A DNA stretch of 61,279 nt from a virus (Duplodnaviria; Caudoviricetes): positions 1 through 61,279 of the IMG/VR virus record IMGVR_UViG_3300006925_000018; one strand, given 5' to 3'. The stretch's first letter is position 1. Each line of letters begins with the position of its first letter. A program made the position numbers and the translations under genes. Shown piece after piece: positions 9,216-20,300 of the stretch. Below the pieces are notes generated by a model. That model saw only the letters and a list, made by a program, of their open reading frames with translations. It had not been told where the DNA came from and searched no databases.

Positions 9216-10342
9216 GATTTAGAGAAATAAAAACACTCATGGAAGCCGCAAGGATACAACATGCGGAAGATGTGATCTTTTGGGAAGGCTCTAAGGGTGC
9301 TATGCGAGTGGTTAATAGTCTCAAAAGTTTGGAGAAGAACGGTCACAAGGACGTGACAATTAAATGGGACGGCATGCCTGCAGTTATATTTGGAAGAACG
9401 CCAGATGGACAATTTGTGTTCACAGACAAAAGTGGATGGAGTGCAAAAGGCTATAACGGTAAAACAACTTCAGCAGAAGAAGTTAAGAATATGTTTTTAT
9501 CACGTAGCGGCGGTGCAAAAAGAGAAGACCCTGCACAAATAGAATTTGCTAATACTATGGCAGACTTATTTAATCAGTTTGAATTAATTGTTCCTGATGA
9601 TTACTCAGGATTTTTTAAGGGAGACTTGTTGTACAGTCAAACACCACCAGTTGTAAATAACAATTTTGTGTTTGAGCCTAATATTGTTGAATACGCAGTA
9701 GATGTGCAATCAGAATTAGGACAAAAAATTAGACAAAGTAATGCAGGTATAGTTATACATAGAATGATAGATGAACAAGGTAATGAAACACCTTTACAGG
9801 ACTATGATATATTTACAGGTAACAATGTATTAGTTGTTCCGCCTATTAGTGTTGAGAGTCCTGCACAAAAGATTAGTCCCGCACTTAACAAATTAGAAGA
9901 ACTTGTAACAAAAAATGCTACATTAATAGATGAGCTATTGAATCCAACAGAACTTTCGATGCTTAAAATGACAGACTTTCCACAGATACTGTATAGGTAT
10001 ATAAACTCTAAAGTAGATACAGGACTTGATGGGTTAGGCATAGACTTTATAGATTGGCTACAAACATCTAATGTAAGCGGTGTTAAGCAACAACGTATTT
10101 CAGATTATATACAAAAGCATGGCAGAGCGTATGCGGCAATGTGGAAAACAGTTTCATCGATTATGCAAGTAAAAGACAAAATTATATCTCAGTTTGAGAA
10201 CCAAGGTGGCGATATACAACAACGTATTACAGGGCACACCACAAACAGTGGCGAAGGATATGTATTAGCACATCCTGAAGGTGATATTAAGTTAGTGCCG
10301 AGAGCAACATTTAGTGCGGCAAACAGGGCGGTATCCAGATAA
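9212..10342 (+). CDS. ATP-dependent ligase-like (covalent nucleotidyltransferase) protein
   Basis: TIKWDG (motif I), FKGDLL, GEGYVL (IV), IKLV (V); GTG start; MRFREI...LME/A tag. Confidence 0.65.
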   Translation: MRFREIKTLMEAARIQHAEDVIFWEGSKGAMRVVNSLKSLEKNGHKDVTIKWDGMPAVIFGRTPDGQFVFTDKSGWSAKGYNGKTTSAEEVKNMFLSRSGGAKREDPAQIEFANTMADLFNQFELIVPDDYSGFFKGDLLYSQTPPVVNNNFVFEPNIVEYAVDVQSELGQKIRQSNAGIVIHRMIDEQGNETPLQDYDIFTGNNVLVVPPISVESPAQKISPALNKLEELVTKNATLIDELLNPTELSMLKMTDFPQILYRYINSKVDTGLDGLGIDFIDWLQTSNVSGVKQQRISDYIQKHGRAYAAMWKTVSSIMQVKDKIISQFENQGGDIQQRITGHTTNSGEGYVLAHPEGDIKLVPRATFSAANRAVSR

Positions 10343-11166
10343 TGGAGTTAACACTAGTAAATCAAGAGTTAGCAGAAGCAAGACTGTTTAGATATTCTAG
10401 AAGTTTTGGTGCTTTTACAGGAAGACAAGTCGCTGACTTAATGTTTCTAAATACATTAGTATTACAATTATTGTTTTTAGACGATAAAACAGTTAAGAAA
10501 GCAATGAGTTATGCAAAACTAACAGCATCTTATGGTTCATTTTCTTTATTTAGAACAGCGGCAACAGACTTATATTTGTTGGCTTATGCTTTAAATTATC
10601 CAGATAATAGAAACATGAAATTTTCAAAGCACGTTGAAAGTTTATCATTTCTAAAAACACTACAGTTTGATCACAAGATGTTTTTAAGGTATATGCGTAT
10701 GGTTGCTCAAGCACATAATGATAAGCAATATGCAACTACATATTTTTACAGATTAGAAACACAACTTAAAATACGTGATTCTCGTTACAAAAGGTGGCGA
10801 AGATTGATAAGTACATATAGTACTTTAAAATTTGCACAAAAGAATGCCTTGATTGCTCAAATATTATTTGAAATCAAAAGGCAAGGTGGCGGAGCAGGTA
10901 GAGGTTCAGAGCTTGTTCCTGCATTAGAACCATTCCTCAAAAAGAGAGGTTATAGTAATTCTGATAGTCAGTTACAAAAGCAAGTTGATAAAGCAAACAG
11001 CACATCTTTTGCTAAAAGAGCCGCAGGTACTGTAGCAGGTGCTATAGCAGGTAAATATGCAGTAGATAAATTTGCAAAAGCAAAACCATCTACACAAAAG
11101 AAGATAGGCACAGGTATAGGAGCAATAGCAGGTTACTGGGCTAGTGGAAGGAAGAAACAAAAATGA
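10342..11166 (+). CDS. Hypothetical basic protein with C-terminal glycine-zipper helices
   Basis: AAGTVAGAIAG and GTGIGAIAG; LAE/A near N-terminus. Confidence 0.7.
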   Translation: MELTLVNQELAEARLFRYSRSFGAFTGRQVADLMFLNTLVLQLLFLDDKTVKKAMSYAKLTASYGSFSLFRTAATDLYLLAYALNYPDNRNMKFSKHVESLSFLKTLQFDHKMFLRYMRMVAQAHNDKQYATTYFYRLETQLKIRDSRYKRWRRLISTYSTLKFAQKNALIAQILFEIKRQGGGAGRGSELVPALEPFLKKRGYSNSDSQLQKQVDKANSTSFAKRAAGTVAGAIAGKYAVDKFAKAKPSTQKKIGTGIGAIAGYWASGRKKQK

Positions 11167-11705
11167 AAATATTTGAAATAATAAACGAGTTAGACGGAAA
11201 GGATGTTGATCTTAAACCAGATACTGGACGTAATTTTTCAAGTGGTGGACAAAGTTCAGAGATAAACCAAAACGACCTAAGAGATATGAAAATTGCATAT
11301 AGAAAAAATCCACAGTTTGTGGCATTAGTTATGCAAGGACTAGCACAACCTCATATTAAAACAGTTGCTCAAGCAGTACAATGGGCACAGAACGAAGTAG
11401 TAGCAGGCAATGACGCTAAACCATCCGATACTAAATTACCAACATCAGGACCTGCTAAACAAAATCCTCGATGGTGGGACGATGCTCAACTTAGTGTTAG
11501 CAAGTCTAAAAATAAAGATTTTGGCAAGAATTATAGTTCAAGCGGCAGTAAACGAGGTAAACTTAGCGATCTTATTCCAGGCATGGATAAGGTAAAAGAC
11601 AAAATTGCTGATTTAAAAAATTATACAAAAAATAAAACAGGTTTTGACATAGACGATGCTGATAGCAGTTCTAGTAGAGCCGCTGATTACTTAAAAGGCA
11701 AATAA
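11163..11705 (+). CDS. Putative internal head protein
   Basis: MKIFEIINE tag. Confidence 0.55.
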   Translation: MKIFEIINELDGKDVDLKPDTGRNFSSGGQSSEINQNDLRDMKIAYRKNPQFVALVMQGLAQPHIKTVAQAVQWAQNEVVAGNDAKPSDTKLPTSGPAKQNPRWWDDAQLSVSKSKNKDFGKNYSSSGSKRGKLSDLIPGMDKVKDKIADLKNYTKNKTGFDIDDADSSSSRAADYLKGK

Positions 11706-11750
11706 GCCACTACATATTACATACTCACCGTATGTAAGATAAGTATTAGC

Positions 11751-12812
11751 ATGCCTTTATTTGATGACCCACTTATTATAAACGATCACATCTTAGAAAT
11801 GAGTTCCACTCAGTCTATGTTTGGTAACTTTGAAATTCCAATGGAAGTTGCTAACGCAAGACAAGGAAAACTTATAACAACATCCACTCCAGGTTTTGAA
11901 AAATCAAGAGAGTTTTTTAACTACGAATGGTTCTATTCATTTAACACTGAGTTCTTTGAACAAGACGACAATGTGCTTTGGGCAGGTAGTTGCATAGTGC
12001 AAGACTTTGCAAGTTTATTTGAGAAAAAGGGTTGGACAACTAATAGAGTGTTAAGATATGGGCAAGGGGTATTTAATATGAAAACTCTTGCAATGCATTT
12101 GAGGTGGTTGTTCGAAGAAGATTCGTTGTACAACGAAGATATATGGGAAGGCTATAATGCCAAAGAGTTTAAATTAGGCAAAAGAGACAGAGGCTTTTTG
12201 CTTGAAAAAATGCTTAACTTTGATAAGGTTGTATTGTTTAGTGGAACCACAGACATATATTACGATGAAGTAACAGGGCAAGACCTACATGCGGCACCTA
12301 TACTAAAATATCTTGACCCAGCAAGGCATAAAGTTCGTAGAATGTCACATGACGAAGTGTTGCAATCACACAAAGAGGTGTTAGAACTAGTACACAAACA
12401 TATATGTAAAGATGTATTGTTTATACTAAGCCCATTTGGATTTGCTAGCCAGTCGTTTGAAAACGACCATCCACCTTTACCATTATCGTTGGTTGCTAAA
12501 TCAAGTATTCGTATTGCTGTAGAAGAGACTATGCGAGAAAATTACTTTCCTCTGTACGAAATGATACAAGAATACTTTACAGAATACAGAGACAAAGGTT
12601 TACATATACATAACGACATTATTCAAGCAATGATTGAAATATTAGGTACATGGTATGGCGACTTTAGAGATGCAAGAACTAAGTCCGAAGTAATGAAAGA
12701 CTTCCAAGTTACAAGAAAAGCATTTGTTCAACGGGCATTACTTAATAAGTCGCTACCTAAAGAGGAAGTATACATGCCACAAACAACAAGATCCAAAGAC
12801 GTCCCTTTCTAG
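11751..12812 (+). CDS. GSCFA-like (SGNH-related) protein
   Basis: WAGSCIVQ, FILSP, AKSSIR, YFPLYE, DKGLH; GATAAGTA 5 nt upstream. Confidence 0.7.
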   Translation: MPLFDDPLIINDHILEMSSTQSMFGNFEIPMEVANARQGKLITTSTPGFEKSREFFNYEWFYSFNTEFFEQDDNVLWAGSCIVQDFASLFEKKGWTTNRVLRYGQGVFNMKTLAMHLRWLFEEDSLYNEDIWEGYNAKEFKLGKRDRGFLLEKMLNFDKVVLFSGTTDIYYDEVTGQDLHAAPILKYLDPARHKVRRMSHDEVLQSHKEVLELVHKHICKDVLFILSPFGFASQSFENDHPPLPLSLVAKSSIRIAVEETMRENYFPLYEMIQEYFTEYRDKGLHIHNDIIQAMIEILGTWYGDFRDARTKSEVMKDFQVTRKAFVQRALLNKSLPKEEVYMPQTTRSKDVPF

Positions 12813-12885
12813 ACTCCAAAACAATATTGTAAAAACTGATAAATAGTGTAAGCAAGTACATTAATGTCTTGCTATGGAGACACAC

Positions 12886-13290
12886 ATGGCGTTAACAAGA
12901 AGCGGAGCAATGAATAACCAGGAAGTTTTATCTGGTAATATAGAGTTTTATTCATTGTTTACATCATTAGATATTACCAGAACAGGTGATTTTAGTGATA
13001 ACACACAAAAAGACTTTGAGAGTATAGTACAAGTAATAGGATTAAGGGCAATGCCTGTAGTAATGAACAATCCTGTTGCATTAAGTGGAGTAGGTGCATT
13101 AGTATTAGAAGGTTACGGTGCTCCAACACTAACAGGAGCAGGTTGGATTTTTAAATTTGCTTTTGAACGTGAAGGCGTTCATACTATAGATACTCTCAGA
13201 GATGAATTAAATGGGATAGTACTGAACGGTGGTACAATAGATACGAAGGATTCTGTAAATATGGAATTCTCCAAACAAGATTTATTATAA
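12886..13290 (+). CDS. Probable virion protein (start after GGAGA RBS)
   Basis: GATAAATA at 12838-12845; GGAGA then ATG at 12886. Confidence 0.6.
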   Translation: MALTRSGAMNNQEVLSGNIEFYSLFTSLDITRTGDFSDNTQKDFESIVQVIGLRAMPVVMNNPVALSGVGALVLEGYGAPTLTGAGWIFKFAFEREGVHTIDTLRDELNGIVLNGGTIDTKDSVNMEFSKQDLL

Positions 13291-13300
13291 GAGATAAACA

Positions 13301-13549
13301 ATGGCTAGGAAAAAAGTAGAAACTAAAGAAATACCACAACCGGAACAATATATCCAGGAAGGCGGTGTAGAAGCACATATTATTGCAGATATGCTGAGGA
13401 TAGAAAGTATCACTACAGAACTCAGAGAGTTTAAAGAAGATACAAAATCAAGGTTTGATAAATTAGAAGGCTGGATTGTTGCAATAGTAGGTATTACAAT
13501 TACTACATTATTAGCCACTGTAGGAACATTAATAGGAAGTATGTTATGA
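13301..13549 (+). CDS. Small coiled-coil protein with C-terminal transmembrane helix
   Basis: RFDKLE followed by WIVAIVGITITTLLATVGTLI. Confidence 0.75.
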   Translation: MARKKVETKEIPQPEQYIQEGGVEAHIIADMLRIESITTELREFKEDTKSRFDKLEGWIVAIVGITITTLLATVGTLIGSML

Positions 13550-14025
13550 AAATAGTAGAAGTTGCAGGTCCAGATAAATGCTGGCCCGGACATAAGAAAG
13601 TTGGCACTCAGCCAGGAACAGGAAAGAACAAAGGCAAACGTGTAAACAAGTGTAAAAAAATTGAATCTGTCAAGGAAGAAGAGATTACTTTAGAGGATAC
13701 ACAAGACTTCCACGAGGAATTTGGTGTTCTAGGATATAGCGAGTGCGACGAAGACGTATTTGAAGCAGAGTATCAAGGACGTAAAGTTAAACTAAACAAG
13801 CCTATGCAAGGTGACGTTAAAAAGTTTAAAGTATATGTCAAAGATCCAAAGACAGGTAATGTTAAAAAAGTAAACTTTGGACACGGCGGTACAAGTGCTA
13901 AGGGTAAGTCAATGCGTATTAGGAAATCTAATCCTAAAGCAAGAAAAAGTTTTAGAGCAAGACATAATTGTGCTAATCCAGGACCAAAAACAAAAGCACG
14001 TTACTGGTCATGCAGGAAATGGTAG
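13546..14025 (+). CDS. Putative internal head protein with basic modules
   Basis: MKIVEV tag; VFE/A site; basic KKVNFG...ARYWSCRKW module. Confidence 0.65.
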   Translation: MKIVEVAGPDKCWPGHKKVGTQPGTGKNKGKRVNKCKKIESVKEEEITLEDTQDFHEEFGVLGYSECDEDVFEAEYQGRKVKLNKPMQGDVKKFKVYVKDPKTGNVKKVNFGHGGTSAKGKSMRIRKSNPKARKSFRARHNCANPGPKTKARYWSCRKW

Positions 14026-14370
14026 ATGAGAATCAACGAAGTCGACGATACAGAAATATTTGAAGCCAGACTTGTTTGGCGTAAAATGGGTAAAACAGTA
14101 AAACGTGCTGTTCGATGTACTAGTGGTAGACGTAAAGGTAGAGTTGTATCTAAGCCTAGCCAATGTGGTGCACCAATAGACTTCAAAAAACGATTAACAC
14201 TTAAAAAAACAAAAGCAAAATTTGGTGCCAGGATAGCTCGTAAGGCGAGAAGATCTAAAAAATACAATCCTATAAGTAGGAGGGTAGCATCACTTAATAA
14301 ATCAGTTAGGTTCAAGCCTACAAGAAAAACTAAATCAACATCAAACAGATTCCCAAATAGGAAAAAGTAA
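14026..14370 (+). CDS. Highly basic putative DNA-condensing protein
   Basis: Acidic leader MRINEVDDTEIFE, then K/R-rich body with a single Asp. Confidence 0.6.
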   Translation: MRINEVDDTEIFEARLVWRKMGKTVKRAVRCTSGRRKGRVVSKPSQCGAPIDFKKRLTLKKTKAKFGARIARKARRSKKYNPISRRVASLNKSVRFKPTRKTKSTSNRFPNRKK

Positions 14371-17300
14371 ATGAAATTTAACGATGTACAGACTCTTGAG
14401 TCGTTATTAAAAAAATTGAATGAGTACGGGAATACATCAGGCAGTCCATCATATAGTGCTGGCGGAACTAGTTCTACAAAAAGCTCACCTACTACATCGC
14501 AATCATCTACTAGTGTAACAAAGCAATCAACAAGTCCTACAGCAAATGGTACCAAACCACCTGAGCCTAAATTAGTCAAAGTAACAGCAAAAGATCTTGA
14601 CGATGGGTCAGAGTTTAAAGACAATAAAGGAAACGTACAAGGAAAGGTTGTAAGTAAAGTAGGTATGTTGCCAAAACCTGATAGAGTTGTTGTACAAACT
14701 ACTGACAATGAATATCATTTATATGATCCTAAAATGGAAGTAATGGTAGATGAACATATAGGTCATGACATCCTTGATAAAATGACTATTAAGAAAAGCC
14801 ATAAGAAAAACTCATTAAAAAGACGAATTAAAAAACTTACAAGAAAACGTTTAGGTGAAGCACCTCTTTGTGAGATTAACTTTAACAGAAAAGAAATTGT
14901 TACAGACGCATTAGACTCACCTGTTAGATGTGGCTTTGAAGCGGAAACTTCATGGGACGGTATCTCTGGCAGTAGCGGCGAAGATGTTAACGATATGGGC
15001 TGGGACGAAGTATCTGATTCTGTATATGTATCAAGTAGCGACAATGATTATATTATGGAAGGCTTTTCAGAGTATGTAAGAGAAAACTTAGTACCTGATT
15101 ACTACGACGATGTAATGGCAAGGTACATGGAAAATGAACGTGATGAAGATTCATCGTATACACGTTTTATGGAAGAAGGCTCAGACGCACCTACAATAGA
15201 TGCTGTAGAAGAATACAGAGATAATTTTAAACATGAAGATCCTAACGAATATGAAAACCGTGAAGAAGACGGTTGGGAAAAAATAAACTGGATAAGAGAA
15301 TACATTGACGAAGAATACGAAGATCAATACTTAGACTTTATACGAGAATATTTAGACGACGACGGTGAGGTTTATCAAGAAGCATATGAAGAAGCAGAAA
15401 GAGAAACATCAATAGACGAATGGATAGGTAATGAATTTTACAGTATGTCAAATTTCTTAGACGATTATGGTATTGATTATTCAGAACTAAATGGTGAAGG
15501 TGGATTGCATGAGATTGCAGACCTATTATCTGAATGGCAAAAACAAAACAGTAAATTTTCACAGTATCCAGAAGTAGGCGATTATGATAACACTTCAGGT
15601 GATGCAGAAAATTGGGCAGTTGAAACAGATAGTAGTATTGACTCATCCGGACAAGGTGCAGAAATTATTTCCCCAGTCTATGAGACTCCAAGAGAGATGC
15701 TTGAAGAACTAAAAAGTTTTTGTGAATGGTTAGAGGAAAAAGGAGCAGACACAAACAGTTCAACAGGCTTACATGTTACTATGAGCTGGTACGGAGAAAA
15801 TCCTAAGTTCACTCAAGATGAAGACGACGAATTTTGGGGTAGCAAAGGCGGACCAAATAAATTAAAAATGGCATCACTACTAGGTGACACTTATCTATTA
15901 CAAACATTTGGTAGAGAAAACAATTCTTATACAAAACAACAAAGTAAGAATATAAAAAGAAAAGCCAACGATGCACGGAAATTTTCAGGCAAAGGCACAG
16001 AAGGATTTTCAGATATCGAAAGAGAATTAGCAAAAGGTATAGACGGTGGTAAATTTAATAGTATTAACTTCAAGGGTCAGATTGATAGCAAAACAAAAAC
16101 CAACCTCATAGAGTTTAGAATAGGTGGCGGTGATGATTATCATTTAGACATGCCTAAGATTGTTAAAGCAGTTATACGTTATGCAACGGTAATGAAAGCA
16201 GGTTATACTGATGCGTTTAATAAAGACTATGCAAATGCTATACACAGAATAGTTCACGGCGCCGGAAAAATTAGTCGAGCAGATATGAACATTGGCTCAG
16301 ACGTTAACGAGCCACTATTAGATTTGTTTAAGAGTATGATAAGCAAGGATAACTATTTTAATGGTGTTACTGCAATAACTAATGCTTACTTGTCTTTATA
16401 TCAAGTAGGAATAAACGAAGAAGAACCTGAGCCTGATACAAACGCATCTCAACAAGAAGCACAAAAACAATACGTTAAAGGCATGGGATTACTTGCTCTT
16501 GATGTAGGATTAGATAGGCACCGAACAAATATTAATGCTAAATCAATAGGCGTTATTCGTAGAAGTTTTAAAGAATTTGATATATCAGAAGATCAATTTA
16601 CTGATCTTATATTTTCTCGAATAAACCAATACCCAATTCCTACACAAAATGACAGGATAGACCAAAAAGCATCTGTACTTAAAAAAGGTATTGACTCTTT
16701 ATTTAAGAAAGACATGTTATCAATGCCAAAATTTTTAAACATACCAAAAGCAGAAAGAATTGTTAAAGGTACGTGGAATGCAATACACAGCGATGGTTGG
16801 TCTAAAGAAGATCAAGAAGAGTTAATAGACAAATTAATAAATCTAACTACACCAGATGTAGCAGATGAAACTAAAAGAAACAATATAAAATATAGCATCA
16901 TTAATATGATAGAAGATGAAGAGTTTAACAGTTTCTATTCTAACATGACCAGAGGCGGATATAACAGTTCTAATCCTCCAGCACAGCCTGGTGAGATTTA
17001 CTATGAGAACGAATTTAAAGATCTAATGAAGTTCCTCAATAAGTATAACAATTATTCGCAACCAGTTGCACCTCATTTTAACTCAAACATATCATCCAGC
17101 GATACATACTTAGAAAACTACTTAAACTCGTACACAATGAAATTGCGTAAACGTTTCTTACATTTAGAAGAAATCAAAGACGACAACTTCCAGTTATATG
17201 TTGAGTCTGTTAAGAAAATAGGGGAACTATCGAGGACGTTACTTAATGCATGGGGAGACCATGAACAAATAGAATTTGACGGAGTACATAATAGATTAGT

Positions 17301-20300
17301 ATTTACTGTTTACGTTAAAGAAAAACTGATAGAGATTTTTAAAGATATTAAAAGTAATGAAATGTCAAATCCAAATTCTGGAAGTGTTTTAAATCGTTTG
17401 GGAGATCGTATGACAGATGGTATACGAGATGCACTTGGCAGGTATTATAAAGATATCGAAGGCGGAGATCCTGATAATTTAAAAATTATTGGCCAAACTG
17501 GTGATGTTAAAACAGCAGTAAAGCAAAAATTTAAGGCTTTAAAAGATTGGATGCAAGGATTTGATAAAATTGCACAAGAAGTTGGATTTGAAAGCCAAGC
17601 AGATGAGATTGCAGGCAAAAATAATATTCCTGGCAGAGAAGATGACTTTGCGAGAAGTGTACAGGAAAGACCACCTATAACATTAAATATACCTGCACAT
17701 TCTCAGGCATACATGTGGACAGATCTGTACAGAGATTTAACTAATCCAGACTTTACTAAACAGGTTAGAAAATCAAAACAACTAAGAGCTAGATCACAGT
17801 TTACAACTAAGTTGAACAGCGGAAAAGTTTTTGTAATTCCATCGGCACATTTCAGCCAGGCTCTAGATGCATATGAAATACAAAAGTATGAAGAGAATCA
17901 TCGACCATGGAGAGTTAAAGCCGCTCAAAAGGTAATGAAAGAGTTTTATAAAACATACGGAAAAGCATTTAAAGATCTCGTTGATAACCCTGCTGACTAT
18001 GTTAGTATAAACGGACTGAAGGCTGAATTAAAGAAGGAAGGCATAGCAATATCAACTGAAGGTGATTCTAGAGAACCTAATGTAGAACCATTAGTACCTC
18101 ATTCAGAGACGTCACAACCAGGAGTAGGAACGCCTCTGTCTACAACAGCCGCCGCGGCTTGGCATGTAAACAACCCAGAGTTATCTAAAAAAGCAGACGC
18201 ATTAGATAAAAACGCAGACCAACATCGAAATAATACAATATCAACGCCACCAGAAAAAGAGGTTAATTCAGATTATGATAAAGCCAGAGCAGAACATCCA
18301 GGCTTCGATAGAATGATGCAACGTGGTATGCAGAATTACTTAGCACGTGGCGAAGTAAATTACCTAGTAGGATTTTTAAACGATCCATTGAAAGATAATG
18401 TTTTCAAATCGCATGTTTTAAATACTATAGCAAATCGAGGTGATATGGAAAACGGTCCTTTTGCTACTTTCCAAGATGCATTAGCAGTTACTCGTAGACA
18501 AGGTCATGAAAGTGTATTTACTAAATTTAATAAACTGTCATTGCAGGAACAAATAGCAAAGTTAGAAAACGTAGATGCAAATAGAATTAGTCAATTACAT
18601 GGTAAATTTGTTGAAGGAAATTTAAACAGAACTGAACTATCCAAAGACCAATCCAGATTTGATGCTTTTGTTAACAAAATTAATGCAGGAATACCATTTC
18701 AAATGACTGATAAAGCCGGCGGCGGCGAAATTGTATTACACCCAGATATGATTAAGGGTGTAACAGTTGCAAGTGATTTACCTGATCCTATAGACATAGA
18801 TGGCAATAACGTTGCTTGGAACAAATTAGAAAAAACAGCAGAATTTGGTTCTAGGACAGGCGGAGAAAAAGTCTCTAACAAAGGTGAAGTAGCAGAAGGT
18901 ATATTAGGATGTGCCACATTTGCTAGATTGCTTAAACGACCTATTGCTCCTATCACAGACGGTGATATAAAATCAGTTATGAAAAGATTGCCAACAGACG
19001 CACCAGATAAAGGTGGTTGGCATGAGTTAACACTTACTGCTAGAGAAACAGATAATCCTATAGCAGACTTCTTTACACTCACACTTAATCTTAAATCAGA
19101 TACTTATAAAGATTTTATAAACCCTGAGAAATGGTCTCTGATGAATAATATCAGTAACAATGTTGTAGGATATGTAAATGACAACATGGACAAGTACACA
19201 AAACTTTTTGCTAAAAACGGCAAAGTTGATGCTGTAAAAGTAATTGCTGATGGTGTAAGCGGAGAAACAGATACCAAAGTAGATGTATTTTTAACTCACA
19301 GTTTAGACGGCGGCCCAGAAAGAACACTACAACATTATGATATGAGTGTTAAAGTAGGTAGTACAAAACAAATGGGACAAGTAGGCGGCGGAAAAACAGC
19401 ACAAGGTGTATCAACGGAACGTTTCTTTATATTGAAAGAAATGTTTGAAAAATTTGGTGCAGATTTATCTGTAATTGAAAACCAGTTTATGTCTTCAGCA
19501 ACAATAAATGATGCTTATGTTATTGCATACAGTGAAGCGGCAAAACAAATAAACACTCATCTAACAACTGAAGATAAAGAAGTAGATTGGCTTATGCAAT
19601 TCTTGAATACTATTAAGTTCTTTGCCACTCTCAATGACGATAGAGTTAAGTTAGTGCAGTTTGAAGATACTTTAAAAGGTGGCTACTATGTGCTAGACTT
19701 TAAAAAGTTAGACAGAATGATGGATAAAGACAAAGTTGATCTAGAAGCGGTATTTATAGATGATAAAGCTCAGCCAAAAATTACTATTATTAACACAGTA
19801 AATAACAAACCGTTTTTATCTATAAGAAAAAAACAAGCACAAAATGACGGCTACATTAGAAACTACATTGAAAAAGAAAAAGGCTTAGTAGAGTTAATCA
19901 AAGTAAGAGGCTCGGGTATGCGTAAGAAAGTTGAAAGTGTCCAAGAAAGAGCTAGTTACGGTGTTTCTCTTGCAAACAAGGAAAAAATCCCTGCAATGAT
20001 TAAATTAGTAGGTAAACTATTTCGCAAAAAACTTCCAACAGTAGAAGTGCAAAACAAATTAAGACAAGAGTTTAATATTCAAGCCTTCGAAGCAAGGCAT
20101 GTTATTAGCATGTGGAAAGAATTGAATAGTGTTAAGGAAGGTGCAGTACCTAACAACGATACAATCAGAAAGTTAAAAGAAATTTTTGCAAAACCTTTAA
20201 TGTCTGATGATATTAAATCACAAATGGATGCGTATATATGTATTCCAGATCCTGCAATGATTAGAGACTTTAGAGCCGCTAGAGCTCAATACGGCGACAA

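Noticed and set aside
14020-14030. TAG stop-codon reassignment
   Set aside because: Other TAG stops (908, 2867, 4090) end genes cleanly, conserved genes are uninterrupted, and no suppressor tRNA is present
14001-14708. Long antisense ORFs (also 1541-2011, 30080-30709, 45406-46020, 48936-49430)
   Set aside because: Shadows of well-supported genes on the other strand; no motifs or expression signals
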